Below are positions 18,562 through 29,079 of a stretch of DNA of 64,000 nucleotides, one piece after another. The DNA is taken from NCBI GenBank assembly GCA_036517195.1, contig DATDXU010000005.1, positions 4,975-68,974 on the forward strand, in the 5' to 3' direction. The DNA comes from Minisyncoccota bacterium (lineage in GTDB: Bacteria; Patescibacteriota; Minisyncoccia; Phycocordibacterales; UBA2100). The notes below the pieces were generated by a model, which had not been told where the DNA came from, did no database searches, and was given only the letters and a program-made list of their open reading frames with translations. Position numbers and translations under genes: made by a program. The first letter of the stretch is position 1. Every line of letters begins with the position of its first letter.

Positions 18562-19557
18562 TCAAGTGCGCTTGGTTGTGGGAATTCCTATTAATCGAGC
18601 TATGACGGAAGCAAGTTTTGCTGAGTTGTGACGAATGAGAGAGCGCGACAGCGGGTCACCACGTTTTATTTTTGGAATTGTTTCATTGATGAAGTCGCCG
18701 CCGATTGCGTGTTTGCCGTGAGGGAGATTTTCAAATTTCGTAAGCGCTTCTCCTTCGCGAGCATATCTTCGTATCAGTGTATTTGGTGGACGCACATTGT
18801 TGTACAGCACGGTGTCCACTGGGCTCTGTATATATTTTTCAATTTCGCGGGTGTAGTCGGTAACACTGAAGTCGTTCGTGTGATTTTTTCGAGACATTAA
18901 ATTACATATAAAGATTTTTCTTGCGCGACTGTTGCGAACACTTTCTGGAATTCCGCGCACGAGGAAATTTGGCACTAAACTTGAGTAAAAATCTCCCGGC
19001 CCTATGATAATTGCATCTGCTTTTTTGATTGCAAAGAGGGCTTTTGGGTTTGCTTCTACGGAAGGGGAAAGGGTAATGGAGCGTAACTTTTTATGTATAT
19101 TTGTATTGTGAATTGCATTTTGACCGCGCACAACTTTTCCCGTGAGACGTGCAACGAGTGTCGCTTTTTCAAGAGTTGCCGGAACAACATGTCCCTCAAT
19201 GCGCAAAATTTCTCCGGCTGCCTCTACCGCTTTGTCAAAATTTCCTGTTACTTTTTCAAGCGCAGAGAGTAGGAGGTTTCCAAAATTGTGTCCGCGCAGT
19301 TTTCCGCTCGTGAATCGGTAATTCATAAGCTGTCGCATGATGATGTCCGACGTGGATAGAGCAACGAGGCATTGCCGTACATCTCCAGGAGGCAACACCC
19401 CAAGTTCGTCGCGCAACATTCCAGTTGACCCACCATCGTCCGCCATAGCAACAATTGCAGTTAAATTACAGTCGTACTTTTTGAGTCCGGAAAGGACTGT
19501 AAATGTTCCAGTGCCTCCCCCCATAACGACGATGCTTTTTCTCTCGTGTTTCCGCAT
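18562..19557 (-). CDS. YvcK/GlmR (CofD-like) UDP-GlcNAc-binding protein
   Basis: GGGTG, DDGGSTG.LR...PPGD.R, GHNFGNL, GPG.FYSS..PN. Confidence 0.92.
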   Translation of the reverse strand: MRKHERKSIVVMGGGTGTFTVLSGLKKYDCNLTAIVAMADDGGSTGMLRDELGVLPPGDVRQCLVALSTSDIIMRQLMNYRFTSGKLRGHNFGNLLLSALEKVTGNFDKAVEAAGEILRIEGHVVPATLEKATLVARLTGKVVRGQNAIHNTNIHKKLRSITLSPSVEANPKALFAIKKADAIIIGPGDFYSSLVPNFLVRGIPESVRNSRARKIFICNLMSRKNHTNDFSVTDYTREIEKYIQSPVDTVLYNNVRPPNTLIRRYAREGEALTKFENLPHGKHAIGGDFINETIPKIKRGDPLSRSLIRHNSAKLASVIARLIGIPTTKRT

Positions 19558-19616
19558 ACAGGCATAGTAGCAAAAGAAGAGCCCGCCACCACGTGTGTGT
19601 GGGGCGGGACATGTTT

Positions 19617-20006
19617 TCAGACTTGTTCATCGATGTATATGGCGTACCTCCAGCCGGATATGACGCAAATACCACTGCCTGCCGGCACGCGATCTATGTG
19701 CCGAATCATGTCGCACACGAATACATTCCACGCGCCAGCACGCTCACACGCATGTCGCAATGATGCCTTGGGTGTCCTGCGTTCAGTTTCTTGTTGCAAA
19801 AGATGCAGAATATATACATGCCCGCGTAGCACATGCGGAATGTCTGCATGTTTGTACGTGCTATGTGGCGCCGACTGTTTGATTGGGCACTCGAGCGGTG
19901 CTTCTACACCCCTAAACACTCCGTGCGCTAGTTGTAACAGCGCTCGGGACGCAACGTTGTGTTCGTGAGGAAGAAGCACGTCGGTCGGCGCAGTTTCAAT
20001 AACCAT
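19617..20006 (-). CDS. hypothetical protein
   Basis: 129-aa ORF with AAGGA upstream; fills the gap between yvcK-like gene and nth. Confidence 0.45.
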   Translation of the reverse strand: MVIETAPTDVLLPHEHNVASRALLQLAHGVFRGVEAPLECPIKQSAPHSTYKHADIPHVLRGHVYILHLLQQETERRTPKASLRHACERAGAWNVFVCDMIRHIDRVPAGSGICVISGWRYAIYIDEQV

Positions 20007-20110
20007 GACTTTTTCCTTTATCGCAATGAAGTCTTTAGACCTTATACCACAAAAACATCGTTTGCGCTCTCACTATTGTTTCGTGCACGATTTGAAGTAC
20101 AGTGCTACTC

Positions 20111-20767
20111 ATGGGGGAACGGGTGAGAAAACAGCGGGCGCAAAAATTAGTCTCATATCTGAAACGGGTATATCCGAAGCCAAAAAGTGAACTACAGTAT
20201 CACGCGCCATTTCAATTTCTTGTTGCGGTTGTTTTATCCGCACAGTGCACCGACAAAGTTGTAAATCGTACGACGGAAGCATTGTTCAAGAAATATAAAA
20301 CAACGGACGATTTTGCGCGCGCACAACCGCGGGTGCTCGAGCGTGAACTTTCTTCAATTCCGTTTTTTCGCAACAAAACGAAGGCGATTATTGCAACCGC
20401 AAAAAGTATTCGTGATGAATATGGTGGCAGGGTTCCAAAAACAGAAACGGAACTCATCTCACTTTCCGGTATTGGCTACAAAACAGCGCACGTTATTTTA
20501 GGGGAACTGTATGGCGTGTGGGAGGGCATCGCCACGGACACTCATGTAAAGCGTTTCGCGCGAAAATTTGGTTTAACCGAACACACCGACCTCAAAAAGA
20601 TTTCAAAAGATTTGGAACGATTGGTTCCAAAAAAAGATTGGAAGTATGTAAACAACGGGTTCGTATTGTATGGGCGGTATGCATGTCCTGCTCGTCTGCA
20701 CGAATGTGAGCAGCACCCTCTGACAAAACTGTGGCAACCTGCGGGGAAAAAATGGCCGAGAACCTAG
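20111..20767 (+). CDS. nth: endonuclease III
   Basis: LVAVVLSAQCTD..VN, HhH L.GIG.KTA, DTHV.R; Fe-S motif degenerate. Confidence 0.9.
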   Translation: MGERVRKQRAQKLVSYLKRVYPKPKSELQYHAPFQFLVAVVLSAQCTDKVVNRTTEALFKKYKTTDDFARAQPRVLERELSSIPFFRNKTKAIIATAKSIRDEYGGRVPKTETELISLSGIGYKTAHVILGELYGVWEGIATDTHVKRFARKFGLTEHTDLKKISKDLERLVPKKDWKYVNNGFVLYGRYACPARLHECEQHPLTKLWQPAGKKWPRT

Positions 20768-20770
20768 CGG

Positions 20771-21838
20771 CTACAGGCTTGCCACGAGCCTCTGTTGTTT
20801 TTTGTGCCGCTGTAGTGCGAGCTGTATGAGGGTGTCAACAAGTTTCGCATAAGGGACTCCAGACGCTTCCCACAATTTTGGATACATGCTGATATTCGTG
20901 AATCCTGGAATCGTGTTGATTTCATTCACATATATCGCGCCTTTTTTTGTAACAAAAAAATCTACACGCCCCATACCCTCACATCCGAGCGTTTTGAATG
21001 TTTTGATTGCAAGATTTTGAATGCACTGTGTTGTCGCGCGCGAGAGTTTTGCCGGAATGTCCAGTGTCGCTCCCTCGGGGTCTATATATTTTGCCTCGTA
21101 AGAATAAAAATCGTGATGCACTACCACTTCCCCGAGGATGGAAGCTTTCGGATTTTCGTTTCCCAAGACGGCGCACTCAATTTCGCGCCCGTGAATACAC
21201 TCTTCCAGTATGATTTTCGTATCAAAACGAAACGCGTGGCGTGTCGCACGTTCAAATTCTTTTTTAGTTCGCACTTTTGAAATTCCGACTGAAGAGCCGA
21301 GGTTTGCCGGCTTCACAAACAGAGGGAGACCGAGTTTTTTAGTCGCAGACCTCCACGATACAGGGGACTCACGTGTTGCAATTAGAAATTGTGCACTCGG
21401 AATACCCGCGTCTCGCAAAAGACGCTTCATCACATCTTTGTCCATTCCGACTGCGCTTCCCAAAACTCCCGCTCCCACGAACGGCACGTCAAGTAGTCGC
21501 AAAAATCCCTGCACGGTTCCGTCTTCGCCGAACGGGCCATGAAGAACAGGGAACACCACGCCTATGTCTTTTTGCTTTGCGCCGATGTCTCCCAGCGGGG
21601 CACCTGTTTCTTTTTGTGTCACGGTGAGCGCCCGACTGATTTTCGATGCTGATGCGCCGAGCAAAATTTCAGATTGTTTTGGGGGAAGTAATTGTCCCGT
21701 TTTTGTCATTCCAACAAGAATCACCTCATATGTTCTTGGATCAAGAGAGGCGATGATATTTCGAGCAGAGATGAGAGATACCTCGTGTTCTGCCGATTTT
21801 CCGCCAAAAAGCACTGCAACGCGGAGTTTTTTCTTCAT
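20771..21838 (-). CDS. ddl: D-alanine-D-alanine ligase
   Basis: GGKSAEHEVS, FPVLHGPFGEDG, KPANLGSSVG, NEINTIPGFT..SMYP. Confidence 0.97.
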   Translation of the reverse strand: MKKKLRVAVLFGGKSAEHEVSLISARNIIASLDPRTYEVILVGMTKTGQLLPPKQSEILLGASASKISRALTVTQKETGAPLGDIGAKQKDIGVVFPVLHGPFGEDGTVQGFLRLLDVPFVGAGVLGSAVGMDKDVMKRLLRDAGIPSAQFLIATRESPVSWRSATKKLGLPLFVKPANLGSSVGISKVRTKKEFERATRHAFRFDTKIILEECIHGREIECAVLGNENPKASILGEVVVHHDFYSYEAKYIDPEGATLDIPAKLSRATTQCIQNLAIKTFKTLGCEGMGRVDFFVTKKGAIYVNEINTIPGFTNISMYPKLWEASGVPYAKLVDTLIQLALQRHKKQQRLVASL

Positions 21839-21901
21839 ACCAATAGAGTACGAGTTGTCAGGCGCGCTCGCAACCACGTGTGTTTTATGTACTATAGAGC
21901 G

Positions 21902-22600
21902 ATGGGTCGTAGAAAAAAGAGGAGGGTTGCGGTGTTTGATGTGGACGGGACGATTTTTCGCTCCAGCTTACTTATACAAATTGTCACAGCATTGATTAAG
22001 AAGGGCATCTTTCCAAAAGACGCGGAAGCGATCTTCGAGCGCGACCAAAAGAAATGGCTTGACCGCGAGGGAGATTACACCGCATACGTAGAGGGTGCAG
22101 TACGTGCGTTCGCCAAACATATTCGCGGAGTTCATTACAGTATATTGGTGGATACGGCGGAAAAGCTCACGGAAGAGCAGTGGAAGCGCACGTATCGGTA
22201 CACGCGGGATCTTATTTATGAACTGAAGAAGAGGGATTATTTTTTACTTGCCGTATCACATTCGCCAAAAACGGTGCTCGACAAATTTTGTCCGCGCCTC
22301 GGGTTTGATAAAACGTATGGCACGCTGTATGAGATTGATACCAATGAGTGTTTTACGGGGTTGGTAACTGAAAGGCATGTTATCCAGAATAAAGCGGGCA
22401 TTCTGGAGCGCGCTGTTGAAAAAGAAAACCTGACACTCGCGGGTTCCGTGGGGGTGGGAGACACGGAGTCCGATATTTCATTTCTGCGCATGGTTTCAAA
22501 ACCCATTTGTTTTAATCCGAACGCGAAATTGTATGCGCACGCGAAGCGTGCAAAGTGGCGCGTGGTCGTGGAGCGCAAGGACGTTATTTATAAACTTTAA
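21902..22600 (+). CDS. HAD-IB family phosphatase (SerB-like)
   Basis: FDVDGT motif I; GDTESD motif IV; NP. Confidence 0.88.
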   Translation: MGRRKKRRVAVFDVDGTIFRSSLLIQIVTALIKKGIFPKDAEAIFERDQKKWLDREGDYTAYVEGAVRAFAKHIRGVHYSILVDTAEKLTEEQWKRTYRYTRDLIYELKKRDYFLLAVSHSPKTVLDKFCPRLGFDKTYGTLYEIDTNECFTGLVTERHVIQNKAGILERAVEKENLTLAGSVGVGDTESDISFLRMVSKPICFNPNAKLYAHAKRAKWRVVVERKDVIYKL

Positions 22601-22602
22601 AC

Positions 22603-23394
22603 ATGAGGTTTCTTCGGAATGTTTTTGCGTATTACCGGGCGCATGGGCGGCACGATTTGCCGTGGAGGGCGACGAGAGACCCGTACAAGATTTTGGTTTC
22701 GGAAGTTATGCTTCAACAAACGCAAGCGGCGCGTGTTATTCCAAAATATAAAGAATTTCTGAAAGTTTTTCCGGATATTCGGATTCTTGCGCGCTCGCCT
22801 CTCTCCAGTGTTCTTACGGCATGGAGCGGGTTGGGATATAACAGACGCGCCAAATATCTGCACGATGCGGCAAAAATTGTGGTCAAGAAGTACCGTGGTC
22901 GTATTCCGCACGACGCGGCGACGTTAATCACTTTGCCGGGGGTTGGTGAATATACTGCCTCTGCAATACGCGCGTTTGCGTTCAATCAACCTGATGTTTT
23001 GATTGAAACAAATATTCGTACTGTATTTTTTCACTTGGGAGTACGTACGCGCAGAAAAATTAAGGATGAAGAATTGCGTCCGTTGGTTGAAGATGCCCTT
23101 AGGCGCTCACGCATGTCTCCGCGAGAATTTTATTCCGCGTTGATGGACTATGGCGCGTATCTAAAAGCATCTGGCGTACGATTGAACGCACGAAGTCGGC
23201 ACTACACAAAACAATCGCGATTTCAAGGTTCTTTGCGCGAAGTGCGTGGCGCAATTTTAAAAACCCTGACTGCGCGCATGTCAACTGATGCGACACGCAA
23301 GCGATACAAAAATACATTTGAAAAAGCGCTTGTGTCCCTCGTGCGAGAGGGCTTAGTGGAGCGTCGTGGGAGTATGGTGCATCTTGCGCGTTAA
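22603..23394 (+). CDS. mutY: A/G-specific adenine glycosylase (short form lacking the Fe-S motif)
   Basis: LPWR...DPY..LVSEVMLQQTQ, W.GLGYNRRA, LPGVG.YTA. Confidence 0.88.
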   Translation: MRFLRNVFAYYRAHGRHDLPWRATRDPYKILVSEVMLQQTQAARVIPKYKEFLKVFPDIRILARSPLSSVLTAWSGLGYNRRAKYLHDAAKIVVKKYRGRIPHDAATLITLPGVGEYTASAIRAFAFNQPDVLIETNIRTVFFHLGVRTRRKIKDEELRPLVEDALRRSRMSPREFYSALMDYGAYLKASGVRLNARSRHYTKQSRFQGSLREVRGAILKTLTARMSTDATRKRYKNTFEKALVSLVREGLVERRGSMVHLAR

Positions 23395-23409
23395 TCTAGG
23401 GTGGTATAC

Positions 23410-23442
23410 CCCGTGATATAGTGGCTTTGCCAATATCACAGG
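23410..23442. mobile_element. mini hairpin insertion with GTATAC duplication
   Basis: CCCGTGATAT/ATATCACAGG stem flanked by GTATAC on both sides. Confidence 0.55.
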
Positions 23443-23455
23443 GTATACTTTTTTG

Positions 23456-24103
23456 ATGGACAAAGAACGTACTCTTGAATCTTCAGTATCCACAAAATAT
23501 GTCCATCGGGAAGGCGGCGAGTGGTATATGCGACTTGATGAATCCTCACGCGGGGTCAAAATACCCAAAGATGTGGCGCGTGCCATTGTGTTCGCATTTC
23601 AATTACAAAAGCGCCGGCAATCAGAAAGCAATATGCGGACTCGCAGAATATATGCAGATATAAATTGTCATAAAACGGCACTCCATGCGATTGGGGTTAT
23701 AGACAGTGGGTACAATCCGAAGGATTCGTATAACATCAGTTTTTTTCCGAGTGAACAGTATGTGCCATATAGGTCTATTGAGAACTTAGAGGAACATTTG
23801 CGCACAGTAGGAGGGAAGGGGACATTGTTATTTGTGCAATGCAAAATGTCACCTGCCCCTTTCGCGGGGCCGTATCATTCGTTTCTCGCGGGTTTAGATG
23901 AGGGGGGGCGTTTCGTTTGCTTTGAAAAAGTTGGCGCAAATCTGTATCCATTTAGAATTACCTCACTCTCAACAATTTACAAGGAGTATAAAGAGGGTTG
24001 GTGGGCTTGGGGATCAGTTGAATCGATTCAAAATCATCCAATAACTCAAGTGATGAGGAAGCTAAAGGGTTCCCCTCCGCGAGATTTTAAATCGAAACAA
24101 TAA
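23456..24103 (+). CDS. hypothetical protein
   Basis: 215-aa ORF; NCH...HSF pattern may indicate a papain-like Cys/His pair (weak). Confidence 0.6.
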   Translation: MDKERTLESSVSTKYVHREGGEWYMRLDESSRGVKIPKDVARAIVFAFQLQKRRQSESNMRTRRIYADINCHKTALHAIGVIDSGYNPKDSYNISFFPSEQYVPYRSIENLEEHLRTVGGKGTLLFVQCKMSPAPFAGPYHSFLAGLDEGGRFVCFEKVGANLYPFRITSLSTIYKEYKEGWWAWGSVESIQNHPITQVMRKLKGSPPRDFKSKQ

Positions 24104-25991
24104 CGGGAATTACAATCGGACGTTTCATTGTTTTTTGCAATAAGAATCGGGAGACGGAGTCCGCGAGGTCTTCACGCGCGATGTCTAGGTCCGCGGCGCG
24201 CGGATTCCTGAACGACCCCTCAACACTTTTGCGGATAATGAGCCGTGTTTGGTCCATAAGTTCTTTGTTGTCTCGCAGGTACACGAACCCGCGCGATATG
24301 ATGTCTGGTGATTTGTGAAGTTTTCCACTTCGGCGTTCTACCGTTGCAACAACAACACAGAAGCCCTCTTGTCCAAGCGATTTTCTGTCGCGCATTAAAA
24401 CATCGGACAACTCTGAAACCACATGTCCCTCAACGACACGCAATTCAGATGGTGCTTTGTATGGGGTTTTCACGATTCGTTTTCCGCCGTCCTGTATTTC
24501 AATAACCATTCCATTGTCTGGTATGACGACATTTTCTTTTGGTGTTCCCAATTCTTCCGCGAGGTCGGCGTGTACACGGAGCATGTAGTGGTAGCCGTGT
24601 ACGGGGATAAAGAATTTTGAGTTGATTTGCTTATGCATCCACGCCGCCTCTTCGCGGTTTGCATGACCAGACGCATGAACGTCGGAGGCGTGGTAGGTAA
24701 TGATGTGCGCTCCCTGTCGTGATAGGTTGTCTTTCAATTTTTGTACTGGTCGTTCGTTGCCGGGAATAACTGAAGACGAGAGAACAATCGTATCTTTTGG
24801 TGTGAGGCGTATGTATTTGTGAGTTTTGTTTCCAATGCGCGCAAGGGATGCGAATTCGTCTCCCTGAGCGCCCGTTGCCAGTATCACAAGCTTTTCTGGA
24901 GGGTAATCCATCATGTGTTCAACAGCGACGACGGTGTCGTCTCTATATTTCACCAGTCCCAATTCACGGGCGATTTCTATGTTTGTGCGCATTGACCTGC
25001 CGTCAACGATTACTTTTTTTCCATATTTTTCCGCAAAGTGAACGACGCGCATTAATCGCTCTAAATGAGAAGCAAACATCGCAATAATGATGCGATCTTT
25101 TGCGTTCTGGACGATTTGTTCCAGTGTGTGGTACACATTTTGCTCGGGTATGGAAAACCCCGGTTGCCACACGTTTGTGGAATCCATAAGAAGACACAGC
25201 ACTTTTCTGTCTTTGAAGACGCTGAATTTTTCGAACTCTTCTGGAAGCGGTTTGCCGTCAATGTGGTTTAATTTTATGTCTCCCGTGAAGACGATGTCGC
25301 CCCAAGCGGTTTCTATGATGATACCCATGGACTCGGGGATGGTGTGTGTGACATCAAAGAAGCTGATTGTGTGGCTTCCGATTTGAATTGACTCTGCTTT
25401 TTCTACCTCACGAATGGTGACTGGGGATGTTCCGGCGAATTCTTCTTGGCGCCGCTGAATCATTTTTGAAGTTAGGCGGCGTGTGTAAATCGGCGGGTTC
25501 CCGATGCGGTCTAAGATATAGGGAATGCCTCCGATGTGATCAAGGTGTCCGTGTGAAATAAGAACGGCGCGTATTTTATCTCGGCGTTCTTCCAAGTATC
25601 GCGAGTTCGGCAGAATATAATCTATGCCCGGAGTCTCATCTTCTTTAAATTGGAATCCGCAGTCGAGTACGAAAATGTCGTCACCCACCTCAATTGCCGT
25701 CATGTTGCGACCAACTTCTTCAACTCCGCCAAGCGGAATAATACGCACGGTGTCATGTTTTGGCGGAGGGATTGGGCTGGCGTGGTCTCGTTTCTCACTT
25801 GATTTTTGGTGTGAAAGGTGCACTTTGCCCCGTCCTCGCGGGGGACGTTGTCCTCCGCCGAAGGAGCGTGTGTGTTTGCGTCGTGGTGCGTGCGAAGGAG
25901 CGTTGGTAGAACCCCATCTTCGCGGGTGGTTTTCTTTTACGGGCGAAGGGGCGCCTGTATTTTTTGTAGTATGTTGAATAGGTTCAATCAT
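24087..25991 (-). CDS. rnj: ribonuclease J
   Basis: PLGGVEEVGRNM, SHGHLDHIG, TGAQG, HASGHA, RP.VIP. Confidence 0.95.
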   Translation of the reverse strand: MIEPIQHTTKNTGAPSPVKENHPRRWGSTNAPSHAPRRKHTRSFGGGQRPPRGRGKVHLSHQKSSEKRDHASPIPPPKHDTVRIIPLGGVEEVGRNMTAIEVGDDIFVLDCGFQFKEDETPGIDYILPNSRYLEERRDKIRAVLISHGHLDHIGGIPYILDRIGNPPIYTRRLTSKMIQRRQEEFAGTSPVTIREVEKAESIQIGSHTISFFDVTHTIPESMGIIIETAWGDIVFTGDIKLNHIDGKPLPEEFEKFSVFKDRKVLCLLMDSTNVWQPGFSIPEQNVYHTLEQIVQNAKDRIIIAMFASHLERLMRVVHFAEKYGKKVIVDGRSMRTNIEIARELGLVKYRDDTVVAVEHMMDYPPEKLVILATGAQGDEFASLARIGNKTHKYIRLTPKDTIVLSSSVIPGNERPVQKLKDNLSRQGAHIITYHASDVHASGHANREEAAWMHKQINSKFFIPVHGYHYMLRVHADLAEELGTPKENVVIPDNGMVIEIQDGGKRIVKTPYKAPSELRVVEGHVVSELSDVLMRDRKSLGQEGFCVVVATVERRSGKLHKSPDIISRGFVYLRDNKELMDQTRLIIRKSVEGSFRNPRAADLDIAREDLADSVSRFLLQKTMKRPIVIPVIVSI

Positions 25992-26004
25992 GAGTGTCGT
26001 GTGT

Positions 26005-27834
26005 TTACTCTATGCGGGGCACATATGTTTCATGTACGAACATATTCCATACGCGTTCGGTGTCGACGTACCATGAGTGTGCTTCCGCGAACCTTTCTGA
26101 TGGGGTCGTGAGAGCACCTAGGGTGACACCTTTTAGCCACATCGGTGTAACGTATGTGAATTTCGGCGCATACAGGAATATGGCCGGCCGGTCTTTTTTA
26201 ATAATTTCAGCGAAAGATTTGTAGAGCGCCTCGCGTTCTTTTTTGTTGGTTGTTGCGCGCGCTTCCGCCAGCAGTGCGTCTGCTTTTGAGTTTGTGTACA
26301 GTGCCAAATTCAGACCCGGATCGTTGCGCTGGCTCGAATGCCAGAAGGAAAACAAATCGAGTGTCCTTCCTATAACTTCTCCAAACAGGAGCGCGTCGTA
26401 GGAGCGCGGACGCAACACTGCTGTGTTTAATTCGGGCAGTGTGTACACCTGTACGCGCACGTCAACCCCAATCGTTTGCCAACGCTGGGCGATATGTTCT
26501 GCCGTAGCGACCAATTCTGGCGCGTCCGAGGTTGCAAGAGTAAACGCGAGAGGTTTTTTCTTTTTGGCCCATATGCCAGTTGTCGTGTCCATGCTCCATC
26601 CACCCTTTTTTAGAAGTTCGTGAGCCTCATCTATCCATGCGGTACTGTTTTCTTCTGTCGCAGAGTTGATACTTTCTACTTTTTCCTCACCAGAGAGTAC
26701 CCCGGGCGGGATGGGGCTTTCGATAACCACCCCGCTTCCATGGAGGATGTCTCGCACGATTGATTCTTTGTCAATTGCACTTTCGAGGGCTGCGCGCACC
26801 GAGGGGTCTGCAAGAGATGGGGCGTGATTTTGATTAAAAAAGATTCCAAAAACGCGCGGTAGCGTGGTGGATATGTATGCTCGTTTTTTTTCTTGCAACG
26901 GGGGCGAGGTGCTTACAAATGTATCAATGCGACCAGTGCGAAACGCCGTTTTCAGTGCCTCCTCGTTAGAAAATATTTTTATCCATATGTGTTTAAGGTG
27001 TGGTTGTCCCAGTGCGTATTTTTTAAATGGTGTGAGAGTTATCTCTGTGATGGAGCCAGCCCGATCCGTGTTTTGATTTTTGATGGCAAAAGCACCGGAG
27101 CCTATCGGGTGTGTATTGAGGGGAGAAAAAGGAAATTCTGTTGCCGAAATATCTTGCCATGCGTGGCGGGGGAGAATGCCGAGTGTTGTATTTTCCAAAA
27201 ATGGCGCATATGGATGTGGCAGGGTGAAGATAATTGTTTTTTCGTCAGGACTTGCGACAGCTACTCCTTCCCAGTCCGCGCGTCGCGGACTTTTTATGTC
27301 TGGATGTTGTGCCATTTGAATTGTAAATACGATGTCATTTGCGCGCAGGGGCTCTCCATCGTGAAAGGTGAGATTGTCCTTGAGGGTGAATGTGTATACG
27401 GTGCCGTCTGGCGAAATTTCATACGAATGCGCTATGTCTGGCACGATAGTTCCATCTGGAAGTGCTTTTGTGAGCCCGGAAAACACTAACTCAGTGAGGT
27501 CGTTATCTGTTTGAGATACTGCGAGGATGGGATTTATAGAACGTACCGCACCCACGAGTCCTTCAGTTATGTTTCCTCCGCGGGAGGGTACAACAACAGA
27601 GGCCTCTCGACTGATTCCGACAACGAGGAGAAGAACGCTTGTGAGTAAGACAAGTGAAAGGACATATAACAGCAAACGTTCGCTCGGTCTCAACGAGACG
27701 AGCAAGCGCTCCAAAATGTGCATGTATGGTATGCGACGCCACCTGAACAGCGAGCGTACAAAAGAAGCCACGTCATGTTTTGGTGGCACGGGTTCAGGTT
27801 CCGATTCTTTCATTCTTGTTTTTTCTGGATACAT
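26005..27834 (-). CDS. peptide ABC transporter substrate-binding protein (family 5)
   Basis: PDIA.SYEIS.DG.VYTF.L...FHDG.PL.A.D..FT; PIGSG.F. Confidence 0.9.
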   Translation of the reverse strand: MYPEKTRMKESEPEPVPPKHDVASFVRSLFRWRRIPYMHILERLLVSLRPSERLLLYVLSLVLLTSVLLLVVGISREASVVVPSRGGNITEGLVGAVRSINPILAVSQTDNDLTELVFSGLTKALPDGTIVPDIAHSYEISPDGTVYTFTLKDNLTFHDGEPLRANDIVFTIQMAQHPDIKSPRRADWEGVAVASPDEKTIIFTLPHPYAPFLENTTLGILPRHAWQDISATEFPFSPLNTHPIGSGAFAIKNQNTDRAGSITEITLTPFKKYALGQPHLKHIWIKIFSNEEALKTAFRTGRIDTFVSTSPPLQEKKRAYISTTLPRVFGIFFNQNHAPSLADPSVRAALESAIDKESIVRDILHGSGVVIESPIPPGVLSGEEKVESINSATEENSTAWIDEAHELLKKGGWSMDTTTGIWAKKKKPLAFTLATSDAPELVATAEHIAQRWQTIGVDVRVQVYTLPELNTAVLRPRSYDALLFGEVIGRTLDLFSFWHSSQRNDPGLNLALYTNSKADALLAEARATTNKKEREALYKSFAEIIKKDRPAIFLYAPKFTYVTPMWLKGVTLGALTTPSERFAEAHSWYVDTERVWNMFVHETYVPRIE

Positions 27835-27903
27835 CGCGTGTGGGGGTGCACAACAAAGTGCATGTGTGTCTGACCCTCTACTCTAGAAGGTCGCACGGGG
27901 ATA

Positions 27904-28134
27904 TTATATGAGTAAAGTTATGAGTGCCGAGAGGGCGAAAAGAATACCAAGAATAATAGTAGCATAAAATAGTGTCTTTTCTAGGCCGCGACGCGTGTGA
28001 AATCCAGAACTAAAGTTGTCTGCCCCAAATGCGCCACCCAAAGAGGCGCCTGTTCTTTGAAGAACGACGGCCCCAATCAAAAGTACTGAGAGTATAATCT
28101 GCACATAGGGCAGAAAAGAGTTCAGGAGTTCCAT
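27904..28134 (-). CDS. secG: preprotein translocase subunit SecG
   Basis: VLQ..G.SLGGAFG...TRRGLEK.LF between two TMs. Confidence 0.92.
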   Translation of the reverse strand: MELLNSFLPYVQIILSVLLIGAVVLQRTGASLGGAFGADNFSSGFHTRRGLEKTLFYATIILGILFALSALITLLI

Positions 28135-28303
28135 ATCACTAAGTGCTCACAAGTATAGCATAGTGGGTTTTATATGCAAGCTTTGCGTTATATACCTGTT
28201 TTGTGCGGCGACAAGTATTTTTCGCACCAATGTTTTTTTTCGGTTTGTTTTGCGGGGCAAAAAAGTATGGCGCGCCAAGAGGCGCGCCAATTGTAGCGAA
28301 GAA

Positions 28304-28582
28304 TCAGGGAGATTTGCGTAAGATTTTTCGTACTTCCCAGATGACACTCGCGTAAAGACCAACGCATATCGCGAAGAGTCCCCACACGGCCCATAGCGAT
28401 AGGTGCATGGTGGACGCGATGTGTTGTATGGCAATCACCCTCGACGTTTCAATCGAGAGTATGGTTCCTAGTATTCCCAACCCCCCCATGAGCACCGCAA
28501 TAAACGTGCCGACTGAAACGAGCTCCAATATTCTATTTCTATGCCAAGAGGATGGTTTATGGTTGTTGTTTGTAGGATTCAT
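28304..28582 (-). CDS. small membrane protein
   Basis: two TMs; GGGGAG SD; TTGACA-17-TATTCT promoter (28643-28615); GGCGCGCC hairpin downstream. Confidence 0.65.
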   Translation of the reverse strand: MNPTNNNHKPSSWHRNRILELVSVGTFIAVLMGGLGILGTILSIETSRVIAIQHIASTMHLSLWAVWGLFAICVGLYASVIWEVRKILRKSP

Positions 28583-28648
28583 TCCCCGGTCTCCCCGAAT
28601 ATGTTGCTATTTTTAGAATATCATGATATGGTCTTTCTGTCAAAACAT

Positions 28649-28677
28649 TTGACTCGAAATCGCAGTGCGTTTATAGT
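28649..28677 (+). promoter_or_regulatory. sigma70-like promoter of groES-groEL
   Basis: TTGACT-17-TATAGT. Confidence 0.65.
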
Positions 28678-28740
28678 GTTCACGCTACGAGGTGTCGTAT
28701 TCAAGAGTAACCTTTTATTATTATTTTAAGCCAAAATAAC

Positions 28741-29052
28741 ATGGTAAAAACAACAGCAAAAGTTAATTTTCGTCCACTTGGAGATAGGGTTTTGGTTAAG
28801 CCGGAGGAAGCGAAAGACAAGAAGTCTCCGGGGGGCATTATTATTCCTGACACCGCGAAGGAAAAGCCAGAGCATGGAATTGTTGTTGCGGTGGGGATGG
28901 GTAAGCGAAGCGAGAACAACACACTTATTCCCATGTCGGTAAAGGTGGGTGATCGGGTGATGTTTTCTAAGTATGGATATGATGAAGTGAAAATCAACGA
29001 TGAAGAATATTATGTTGTGTCCGAATCAAACATTCTTGCTGTTATTAAGTAA
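28741..29052 (+). CDS. groES: co-chaperonin GroES
   Basis: RPLGDRVLV, GGIIIPDTAKEKP, VKVGDRV.F.KY. Confidence 0.97.
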   Translation: MVKTTAKVNFRPLGDRVLVKPEEAKDKKSPGGIIIPDTAKEKPEHGIVVAVGMGKRSENNTLIPMSVKVGDRVMFSKYGYDEVKINDEEYYVVSESNILAVIK

Positions 29053-29079
29053 TGCCCTTATCACTAACTAATTAAAATT

